Source of the DNA: Nitrospirota bacterium | GTDB taxonomy: Bacteria > Nitrospirota > UBA9217 | Assembly: GCA_029858565.1 (NCBI GenBank) | Contig: JAOUEV010000007.1 | Coordinates: 32,001 to 96,000, forward strand | Reading direction: 5' to 3' | DNA length: 64,000 nucleotides | Shown here: piece after piece, positions 56,480 through 64,000 of the stretch | How the letters are laid out: every line of letters starts with the position of its first letter | Position numbering within the stretch: position 1 is the stretch's first letter | Translations under genes and position numbers: made by a program | The notes under the pieces: model-generated | Told to the model about the DNA's origin: nothing | Databases searched by the model: none | The model's input: the letters and a program-made list of their open reading frames with translations, nothing else

Positions 56480-58546
56480 ATGAACGACCCAGTATTCGTC
56501 AGGCCGGGAATGACAGCCCGGGACATTGTGAAGGCGGTCCGCTCCCTGAAGGGCGTCTGCCTCACCTCCGTGGGCATGCGTGACGCGGGCCAGTCGGATT
56601 TCAAGAACCGGCACCGGATCCACGATCTCAAGACCCTCGCGCCTCACTACAATGCCATGGGCCTGTTCAGCGCCGAGACCCATGGCGGCGCACGGTGGCA
56701 TGTGGGCATCATGAACCGGCGGGAGAGCCCCTTTGAGGAAGGTGCGATCCTGCGCGAGTTGATGCCGAATGTGCTGCAGCAGACGCTCATCCGTGAGACC
56801 AATCTCTTCGGGTACCGGCCTTATCCCAAGAACGTGATCGAGTACGTGGTGTCCCGCGTGGACATTGACGTGTGGCGGTGCTTCTCTTTCCTGAACGACG
56901 TGCGGAACATGCGCGCCGTCGCCGAAGTGGTGATGAAGCGGGGCCGTTTGTTCGAGCCGACCATCTCGTTCACGGTCGCGGACTGGACCACGAATGCCTA
57001 CTACCTCGGCGTGGTGAAGGACATTGTGTCGCTCTGCGGCGGGACGGATGAGATCGTGCTCTGCGTCAAGGACATGGCCGGCGTGGGCGATGTGACGCGC
57101 ATCGGCAACCTGATCGACGCGATCAAGCAGGCCTATCCCGATCTCGTGATCAACTATCACCGGCACATCACCGACGGCCTGGCGATCCCGGCGTTCCTGT
57201 CGGCCGCCAGGGGCGGAGCGAATATCTTCGACGTGGAAGAGGACTCGCTTGTCCGGTTCTACGGCCACTCTCCGATCCTTGCGGTGCAGGCGATCTTCCA
57301 GGAGTCGGGCATTCCCGTGCATCTCGACCGGGATCAGGCGGAAGCAGCGGTCCAGAAGGTCCGGGAATGGATCAACCATTATGATTGGGCCGAGTCGCCT
57401 TTCAAAGGTTTGGATCACAACGTGACGCTGCACAAGATGCCGGGAGGCGCGTTCCCGAGCTCCTTTGAGCAGGCGGACAAGGGCGAGTTCCTGCACCTCA
57501 TGCCTTCGATCCTGAAGGTCATGTCGCTCTACAACCGGATCGTGAAGTATTTCGACGTGACGCCGGGCTCGCAGATCACCTGGGTGACCTGCAGCGGGAT
57601 CGTGAACCGCTACGCAAAGGAGCGGGGCGATGCGGGAGTCGCCCACATCATCCGTCTGATCGAAAAGTTCGTGATCGAAAAGAAGCAGGATATGAACGCC
57701 ATGGACGCGGCCGAGCAGGAAGAGCTGCAGCAGCTCTTCCGCACGGCGCCGGGAGACTTCAAGAACCTGCTGCTGGGCAATTACGGAAAGCTGCCGGTCG
57801 GCTGGCCCGCCGACTGGGTCTATCAGAGCACCTTCGGCGACGAGTGGCAGGCGAAGCTCAGGGACCGGAAGGAAACGTCTCCCCTGGAGTCCGTGGCTAG
57901 CGACGATCTCGGGAAGATCCGCAGCGAGCTCGATATCGCGATCGGCCGCGTATCCACGGAGGAGGAGTTCATCCTCTACCTCATGCATCCCAAGGATGCG
58001 CTGGAGTACATCGATTTCCGGGGCAAGTACGGCGAAGCTTCGATCGTATTGCCGACCGATGTGTGGCGCATGGGCCTCCGGAAGCCCGGCGACAAGGTGG
58101 ACTTCGAGCTTTGGGGCAAACCCTATTCGATCGAACTCGTGTCCGTCGGCGCCGAGCACGAGGGCATCATCCACGTGGTGATGCGCATGAACAACAAGAC
58201 CCGGGTCTACGAGGTCCTGACGCCGCGGGCCAAGAAGGCCGAGATCCGCATGGCCAAGGGGCCGAGCGACATCGGAGCGCCGATCAACGGCAACCTCTGG
58301 CGGATCGGCAATCCGGCGCGCGGCCCGGTCAAGGCGGGCGACATCGTGCACAAGGGCGAGGAGATGGCGAACCTCGAGGCCATGAAGATGGAGAATGCGA
58401 TCCTGGCGCCGTTCGACGGACAGATCACCGAGGTCTGCGTGAAGTTGAACGAGACGGTCCAGGAAGGCCAGCTGCTCTTTGTCCTCGAAAAAGTAAAAAC
58501 CCAGCAGAACGGGGTCACGCCGCTGGAGCTGACCCATCCGACATAA
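56480..58546 (+). CDS. pycB: Pyruvate carboxylase, carboxyltransferase plus biotin-carrier subunit
   Basis: RDAGQS, KDMAG, HRH, HKMPGG, VTPGSQ and the biotinylation site EAMKM. Confidence 0.88.
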   Translation: MNDPVFVRPGMTARDIVKAVRSLKGVCLTSVGMRDAGQSDFKNRHRIHDLKTLAPHYNAMGLFSAETHGGARWHVGIMNRRESPFEEGAILRELMPNVLQQTLIRETNLFGYRPYPKNVIEYVVSRVDIDVWRCFSFLNDVRNMRAVAEVVMKRGRLFEPTISFTVADWTTNAYYLGVVKDIVSLCGGTDEIVLCVKDMAGVGDVTRIGNLIDAIKQAYPDLVINYHRHITDGLAIPAFLSAARGGANIFDVEEDSLVRFYGHSPILAVQAIFQESGIPVHLDRDQAEAAVQKVREWINHYDWAESPFKGLDHNVTLHKMPGGAFPSSFEQADKGEFLHLMPSILKVMSLYNRIVKYFDVTPGSQITWVTCSGIVNRYAKERGDAGVAHIIRLIEKFVIEKKQDMNAMDAAEQEELQQLFRTAPGDFKNLLLGNYGKLPVGWPADWVYQSTFGDEWQAKLRDRKETSPLESVASDDLGKIRSELDIAIGRVSTEEEFILYLMHPKDALEYIDFRGKYGEASIVLPTDVWRMGLRKPGDKVDFELWGKPYSIELVSVGAEHEGIIHVVMRMNNKTRVYEVLTPRAKKAEIRMAKGPSDIGAPINGNLWRIGNPARGPVKAGDIVHKGEEMANLEAMKMENAILAPFDGQITEVCVKLNETVQEGQLLFVLEKVKTQQNGVTPLELTHPT

Positions 58547-58569
58547 GTTCGCCAGACAACGACGACAGG

Positions 58570-58613
58570 AAAAGGCCGGAGCGGTCGATCAAACTGCTCC
58601 GGCCTTTTTTTTT
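58570..58613 (+). terminator. Intrinsic terminator
   Basis: AAAAGGCCGGAGC/GCTCCGGCCTTTT stem plus a T-run. Confidence 0.85.
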
Positions 58614-58754
58614 CAGCAGACGGTAGTCACAACCGGCATCCCTGCGAAAAGGCGCTTTATTTATTCCGATCAATGTTGGATAATGGCGGCATTACGGTGC
58701 CGGGCCGGTTCTGTGATGACGACAGCAGACGGATCACGGTTGAAGGAGGGAAGT

Positions 58755-60542
58755 ATGGCAAACGGTTCGAAGCACCCGAAGCTGAACGCATGGGTACGGG
58801 AAGTCGCCGATCTCTGCACTCCCGACACGGTGGTCTGGTGTGATGGATCAAGAGGAGAGTATGACCGGATGATGGCGCTGCTCAAGGAGCGCGGCATGGC
58901 AATGCCGCTCAAGAAGCGGCCGAACAGCTTTCTCTTCCGCACTGACCCGAGTGACGTGGCCCGGGTCGAGGACCGGACCTACATAAGCACCTCCTCGCAG
59001 GACGAGGCAGGCCCCACGAACAACTGGGAACATCCCGAAACGCTGAAAAAAACCATGCGGGGGCTGTACCAGGGCTGCATGAAGGGTCGCACCATGTACG
59101 TTATCCCCTTTTCCATGGGGCCCATCGGGTCGCCGATCGCCAAGATCGGGGTCGAGCTGACCGACAGCCCTTACGTGGTCTGCAACATGCACATCATGAC
59201 CCGGGTGAGCACCAAGGTGCTGGAGGTGCTGGGCGACACGGGAGAGTTCATTCCCTGTTTGCATTCGATCGGCGCACCGCTTGAACGGGGGCAGAAGGAC
59301 AGCGCCTGGCCCTGCGCGCCGATCGAGAAGAAGTACATCAGCCATTTCCCCGAGGAAAACCTGATCTGGTCCTATGGCTCCGGCTACGGCGGGAACGCAT
59401 TGCTCGGCAAGAAGTGCCTTGCGCTCCGCATTGCATCGAACATCGCCCGCCGGGAAGGCTGGATGGCGGAGCACATGCTGATCCTGAGACTTACGAGCCC
59501 CGAGGGCAAGCGCTACCATATTGCCGCAGCATTCCCCTCTGCCTGCGGCAAGACGAACCTGGCCATGATGCAGCCGTCGATCAAGGGGTGGAAATGCGAG
59601 TGTGTCGGCGACGATATCGCCTGGATGAAGATCCGGACCGATGACAGGCTCCACGCGATCAATCCCGAGGCCGGGTTCTTTGGTGTCGCGCCCGGCACCT
59701 CCTACGGTACCAATCCCATGGCCATGGACACGCTGAAAGAAAACGTCATCTTCACCAACTGCGCGCTTACGGACGACGGTGACGTGTGGTGGGAAGGCAT
59801 GACCGATGACAATCCGAAGCATGTTGTCGACTGGAGAGGACGGGACTGGACACCGTCATCCAGGGACGACGCGGCCCATGCCAACGCGCGCTTTACCGCG
59901 CCTGCCAGCCAGTGCCCGGTGATCTGCAAGGATTGGGAGAATCCCGAGGGCGTACCGATCGACATCTTCATCTTCGGCGGCCGCAGGACCAGTGTGGTCC
60001 CGCTCGTGACCGAAGCCTATTCCTGGGACCACGGCGTGTTCATGGGCGCCACCGCGGCTTCGGAAACCACGGCTGCGAACATCGGCGCAATGGGCAACCT
60101 CAGGCGCGATCCCTTTGCCATGAAGCCTTTTTGCGGATACCACATGGGCGACTACTTCACCCACTGGTTCACCATGGGCGACACCATGGGCCGCAAAGCC
60201 CCGAAGATCTTCTACGTGAACTGGTTCCGGAAGAGCAGCAGCGGCAAGTTCCTCTGGCCGGGTTTCAGCGACAACAGCCGGGTGCTCAAGTGGATGTGCC
60301 GGCGCGTGGACGGGAAGGTCGGGGCAGTTGAGACACCCATCGGCCTCATGCCCAAGGAAGGGGACTTGGACCTCTCCGGACTCGATATCCCTGCGGAGAA
60401 CATGAAGGAGCTTATGTCCATCGACCTCACTGCGTGGAAGAACGAGATCCCGGATATCGAGAAGCACTTCGCGACCTTCGGGAACCGGCTGCCGGAGCGG
60501 TTGACAAAGCAGCTCGCGGAGATGAAGAGGCGGATGGGGTAA
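58755..60542 (+). CDS. pckG: Phosphoenolpyruvate carboxykinase (GTP)
   Basis: [40 protein letters not shown] and VNWFRK. Confidence 0.96.
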   Translation: MANGSKHPKLNAWVREVADLCTPDTVVWCDGSRGEYDRMMALLKERGMAMPLKKRPNSFLFRTDPSDVARVEDRTYISTSSQDEAGPTNNWEHPETLKKTMRGLYQGCMKGRTMYVIPFSMGPIGSPIAKIGVELTDSPYVVCNMHIMTRVSTKVLEVLGDTGEFIPCLHSIGAPLERGQKDSAWPCAPIEKKYISHFPEENLIWSYGSGYGGNALLGKKCLALRIASNIARREGWMAEHMLILRLTSPEGKRYHIAAAFPSACGKTNLAMMQPSIKGWKCECVGDDIAWMKIRTDDRLHAINPEAGFFGVAPGTSYGTNPMAMDTLKENVIFTNCALTDDGDVWWEGMTDDNPKHVVDWRGRDWTPSSRDDAAHANARFTAPASQCPVICKDWENPEGVPIDIFIFGGRRTSVVPLVTEAYSWDHGVFMGATAASETTAANIGAMGNLRRDPFAMKPFCGYHMGDYFTHWFTMGDTMGRKAPKIFYVNWFRKSSSGKFLWPGFSDNSRVLKWMCRRVDGKVGAVETPIGLMPKEGDLDLSGLDIPAENMKELMSIDLTAWKNEIPDIEKHFATFGNRLPERLTKQLAEMKRRMG

Positions 60543-60546
60543 CCGG

Positions 60547-60644
60547 GAACACCCACCTCCCCTGACCCCTCCTTGCCAAGGAGGGGGATTCTGTTCCTGC
60601 TCTTGAGCAGCGTTATCTTCCTTCTTGGCAAGGGGGGTGGGTTC
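60547..60644. repeat. REP-doublet-like palindromic element
   Basis: CCCCTCCTT-GCC-AAGGAGGGG and an inverted degenerate copy CCTTCTT-GGC-AAGGGGG, framed by CCCACC/GGTGGG. Confidence 0.6.
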
Positions 60645-60684
60645 GTCGGATACAATTGGATATAATTATGAGGAAATCAAACTC

Positions 60685-62412
60685 ATGAAATCCCACTCCC
60701 CCCATAAATCCCTCGTGAACGTCCTCGGCGTAGTGTATTACCACTCCAGGACCGAGGACGGCGGGGACCTCTACCTTACCCGGCATGCGGAACCCCATGC
60801 CGAGCACCTGGAGATCCACAACTGGTACGAAGAGTCCTGGTTCACAAAGCACCGGGTCAAGCTGCTCGGAACCAGCTCCGTGTATCGGGTTCCGACGAGG
60901 ACCATCAAGGGCACGCACCTCGACCTGGTGGTCAAGAACTGCCGCGTGGGCGAGGACGTGCCCTTGAACACGCATACGCTCCAGGAGTTCATGAGCGCCG
61001 AGTTCAACAGCCCCTGGGAAGAGTTCTCCCTGGTCCAGGAGATGGGTGACCGGCAGTACAGCCAGTCCATCGGCTGGGTGAAGGTGCAGAGGCCCCTGGC
61101 GATCTATGTGCCTCCCCAGAAGATGCAGCTCTGGCAGAGCGGCAGGTCACGCTCCCGCATCAACCGTATCCACGCACGCCATCCCGGCGTTGACCTTGAT
61201 ATCCTGAAGCAGTACAAGCTCGTGTACGAATGGATCCGGGGCAAGAACCTGATCGAGATCTTCGAGCATATCAGGACCGATATTCCCAACATCATCCAGC
61301 ATCTCCAGTCCATGCAGGGCAAGGCGCAGAACGACCTGAGCGAAAAAGGGTATCTGATGGCGGATATGAAACCCGAGCACGTCATCATTGATGAGGACGA
61401 CTGTAAAAGCATCGAGTCCGCAGGCAGGAAAGGCGATCCCGCGGCAGCAGCGAAGCAGGTCGCGATGGTCGAACGGCTGCTGGAGATAGGGAAATACTCG
61501 ATCATCGATTATGAGCTGCTGTTCAGGACGCCGGAACACGAGGACCGGGTCAAAGCTTCGCGACGGCACCGGTATCTTGATGATCAGCGCGATCGGTTCG
61601 AGCCGACACCGCTTCCCACGTACCTCAGTCGCACCGAGATCCTCGGCGTGCCGTATATTTTCGGCCGGGCCGAGAGCACCGGCGGCCGCATGTGGGTCGT
61701 GGGCAGGAATGCGCGATTGTTCGATTACTTCCTGCCTGAGCGATGGCGCAAGACACCGGCGCTCAGCCTTTCGGACGCCAACGAGGTCTTCTACACGATC
61801 ACCAAGGACAATATCCATCTTGTCTGGAGGACCTCACGGGTGGGCGAGTATCCGGCGGACAGGAAGTATAGTTCCGCGGAGATTGAAAAGATCCGGCGGT
61901 TCGGCATCAACAGCCCCTTTGAGGAATTTACCATCTCCCAGGAGCTGAACCAGAGGGGCATCCGCGCCGTATATGTGCGGGCGATCTATGAGACCGGCAG
62001 TCTCAAGATCGAGATCTCCGCGGATTCGCGCAGGTACCAATCCCACCGCGCGATCGTCGATATCGATGGCAATCCGGTGCTGGCAGCGGAGCACAACTAC
62101 ATCACGATCCGGGGATACTACAACGGGCCGGACGACTGGGTGCCGGAACATGAGGGTGTGCTGCTGACGCCGATCGATCTGTCCCGGGCAGTGAAAAAGA
62201 ATATCATCGATGAGCCGAAGAGCACGCGCTATACAGAACGGACCGCAGAGCGTTTACACGAGGCAGGCTATGACGGATCGCTCTTAAAGCCTGATGACAT
62301 TCTCGTGGCCGTGGATTCCCAGGGCGGGCTTATGAACGAACAGAACGGAGAACCGGCGCTCATCATCTGCAATTTCGAAGTGCTCTGCAGAATGGCGGCA
62401 TCCGAGGCATAG
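60685..62412 (+). CDS. Uncharacterised protein with two internally homologous kinase-like halves
   Basis: VVKNCRVGE/VWRTSRVGE, NSPWEEF/NSPFEEF, GYLMADMKPEHVII/GYDGSLLKPDDILV and IIDYEL/ICNFEV. Confidence 0.75.
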   Translation: MKSHSPHKSLVNVLGVVYYHSRTEDGGDLYLTRHAEPHAEHLEIHNWYEESWFTKHRVKLLGTSSVYRVPTRTIKGTHLDLVVKNCRVGEDVPLNTHTLQEFMSAEFNSPWEEFSLVQEMGDRQYSQSIGWVKVQRPLAIYVPPQKMQLWQSGRSRSRINRIHARHPGVDLDILKQYKLVYEWIRGKNLIEIFEHIRTDIPNIIQHLQSMQGKAQNDLSEKGYLMADMKPEHVIIDEDDCKSIESAGRKGDPAAAAKQVAMVERLLEIGKYSIIDYELLFRTPEHEDRVKASRRHRYLDDQRDRFEPTPLPTYLSRTEILGVPYIFGRAESTGGRMWVVGRNARLFDYFLPERWRKTPALSLSDANEVFYTITKDNIHLVWRTSRVGEYPADRKYSSAEIEKIRRFGINSPFEEFTISQELNQRGIRAVYVRAIYETGSLKIEISADSRRYQSHRAIVDIDGNPVLAAEHNYITIRGYYNGPDDWVPEHEGVLLTPIDLSRAVKKNIIDEPKSTRYTERTAERLHEAGYDGSLLKPDDILVAVDSQGGLMNEQNGEPALIICNFEVLCRMAASEA

Positions 62413-62716
62413 GGAATCCAGATACAAACCAACATTCTTTAAAACAGACAATATCCGAAATGCCTCTGATGAGCACCGTAGAAAATTAGTTCATAAATAA
62501 TCATGTAGACTTCAGCGAAGTTCATTGCTTGATACCTTCATTAGCTTTTGTAGTTTGTCATGCACCTTCTCGCGTGTTCCCAGTTGCACACTGCCGCTAC
62601 TATTACGCAACCTCTTCACTCTGTGCTATCATTAAAATAAGCTAAAACTGGTTGATCTAAATGCTGCAACATTGGTTGCAGGCGATCCGGCCACTGCAGA
62701 GCCAAGGAGGTCCGCC

Positions 62717-63832
62717 ATGAAGATCACGATCAGTGTCATTAAGGCAGATATCGGTTCCGTGGGAGGGCATATAGCGCCGTCGCAGAAGCTGCTCGAATCG
62801 GTGAAGAAGCATGTGGCAGAAAAAGGCAAGGGGCTCTTGATCGACAGCTACGTGAGCTACACCGGCGACGACGTGGCGATCCTGATGACCCATGTCCGGG
62901 GCGAGGGGGATGAGCAGATTCACAAGCTTGCCTGGGACGCTTTCGTCGCCGGCACCGCGGTTGCCAAGTCCCAGGGGCTCTACGGCGCGGGCCAGGACCT
63001 GCTGAAGGATTCCTTCTCCGGCAACGTGCACGGCATGGGGCCGGCGGTCACGGAAATGGAGTTCGAAGAGCGGCCGGGCGAACCCTTCCTGTTCTTTGCT
63101 GCCGACAAGACCGACCCCGGTGCGTACAACTTTCCGCTCTATATGGCATTCGCCGACGCCATGAACACGCCGGGGCTGATGCTGTCGCCCAAGATGGCAA
63201 AGGGGTTCCGGTTCGTGATCATGGATGTAAACAATACCGAGGGCGACCGGGTCATCGAACTGAATGCGCCCGAGGACCTCTATGATATTGCCACGCTGCT
63301 CCGCGATCCGGAACGGTTCGTGGTGGAGTCAGTGTGGTCTCGTGCTGCAGGGACCCAGGCCGTATCCGTGGCCACCTCGCGCCTTCACAATATTGCGGGG
63401 AAATATACGGGCAAGGACGATCCGGTGATGCTGGTCCGGAGCCAGATGGATTTTCCCGCCACCGGCGAGGTGCTGCAGCCGTTCTCGGTAGGCCATTTTG
63501 TCGCCGGGTGCATGCGGGGCTCGCACAACATGCCGATCATGCCGGTGAAGCTGAACTCGACGATCAGCTGGTTCGACGGACCGCCGGTGGTAAGCTGTGC
63601 AGCCTTCTCCATTCACGAAGGGAAATTGACCGGTCCGGTGGACGCTTTTGACCATCCCTTCTGGGACCGGGTTCGGGACCATGTGGCGGACAAGGCCATG
63701 GACATGCGGCGGCAGGGTTTCTTCGGCGCTGCCATGCTGCCCATGAACGAACTGGAGTACACGGGCATCATGGAGAAGCTCGACATGCTTGAAAAGCGCT
63801 TCGCTGTTCGGCAGGAGAAAAAGGCCGCTTGA
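62717..63832 (+). CDS. fbp: Bifunctional fructose-1,6-bisphosphate aldolase/phosphatase (FBPase class V)
   Basis: SVIKADIGSVGGH, GDD, LYGAGQDLL, DKTDPGA, YTGKDDP, MRGSH and ELEYT. Confidence 0.95.
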   Translation: MKITISVIKADIGSVGGHIAPSQKLLESVKKHVAEKGKGLLIDSYVSYTGDDVAILMTHVRGEGDEQIHKLAWDAFVAGTAVAKSQGLYGAGQDLLKDSFSGNVHGMGPAVTEMEFEERPGEPFLFFAADKTDPGAYNFPLYMAFADAMNTPGLMLSPKMAKGFRFVIMDVNNTEGDRVIELNAPEDLYDIATLLRDPERFVVESVWSRAAGTQAVSVATSRLHNIAGKYTGKDDPVMLVRSQMDFPATGEVLQPFSVGHFVAGCMRGSHNMPIMPVKLNSTISWFDGPPVVSCAAFSIHEGKLTGPVDAFDHPFWDRVRDHVADKAMDMRRQGFFGAAMLPMNELEYTGIMEKLDMLEKRFAVRQEKKAA

Positions 63833-63865
63833 TGTTCACGATCGTACGGTAGACGAGATATGAAA

Positions 63866-63897
63866 GCCCGGGGAGGACTGTCCCGGGCCTCTTTTTT
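63866..63897 (+). terminator. Intrinsic terminator
   Basis: GCCCGGG/CCCGGGC stem plus a T-run. Confidence 0.7.
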
Positions 63898-63910
63898 GGG
63901 CCAGTGACAG

Positions 63911-63945
63911 GACCGCATGACCGCAATTTTCAGACCGCAATTTTC
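63911..63945 (+). repeat. Short tandem direct repeat upstream of a promoter
   Basis: GACCGCAATTTTC at 63919 and 63933 (period 14), with a partial GACCGCA at 63911. Confidence 0.6.
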
Positions 63946-64000
63946 CGCTTTTTCCTTGACCAGAGGTGTGCTATACTCAGCCCATGAAAGACCAAATCCA

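Noticed and set aside
55562-58537. 991-aa minus-strand ORF and other long antisense ORFs (e.g. 865-2076, 25349-26659, 34940-36139, 52869-53999)
   Set aside because: Shadow frames of well-supported high-GC genes on the opposite strand; no motifs.
63911-63945. Possible CRISPR or iteron array
   Set aside because: Only two full 13-nt copies with no spacers.

Overview
Chromosomal window of roughly 58-60% GC (visual estimate) from an anaerobic or microaerophilic diderm bacterium. Gene content suggests Nitrospirota or a deltaproteobacteria-like lineage; this is an inference. No rRNA, tRNA, CRISPR array, integrase or transposase was seen. Left to right: (1) tandem DUF1566 secreted proteins, an rhlE-like helicase, a flavodoxin and superoxide-reductase-like pair, a pseudo-receiver/PilZ protein and a patch of deletion-scarred pseudogenes (hemerythrin, DUF3570, TlpA, membrane protein); (2) eptA, yaeQ, tauE, a methyltransferase and truC; (3) a redox island with a leaderless Cys-rich small ORF ending in ERPP, a ~1740-aa 19-heme secreted cytochrome with Ig-like repeats and a beta-helix, two hybrid kinases, a heme-c-motif diguanylate cyclase and a GAF-GGDEF gene whose catalytic core is deleted; (4) a four-gene HydABC/NuoEFG-like flavin/Fe-S module with no catalytic centre of its own, followed by Ni-CODH cooS, a candidate electron-bifurcating CO dehydrogenase; (5) merR-HTH, pilMNOPQ and two surface lipoproteins; (6) dnaJ-hspR-clpB with a HAIR-like operator; (7) a gluconeogenesis cluster pycA-can-pycB, pckG, an uncharacterised kinase/pseudokinase-like tandem protein and FBP aldolase/phosphatase. 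All family calls are from motif recognition by eye, with no database search.
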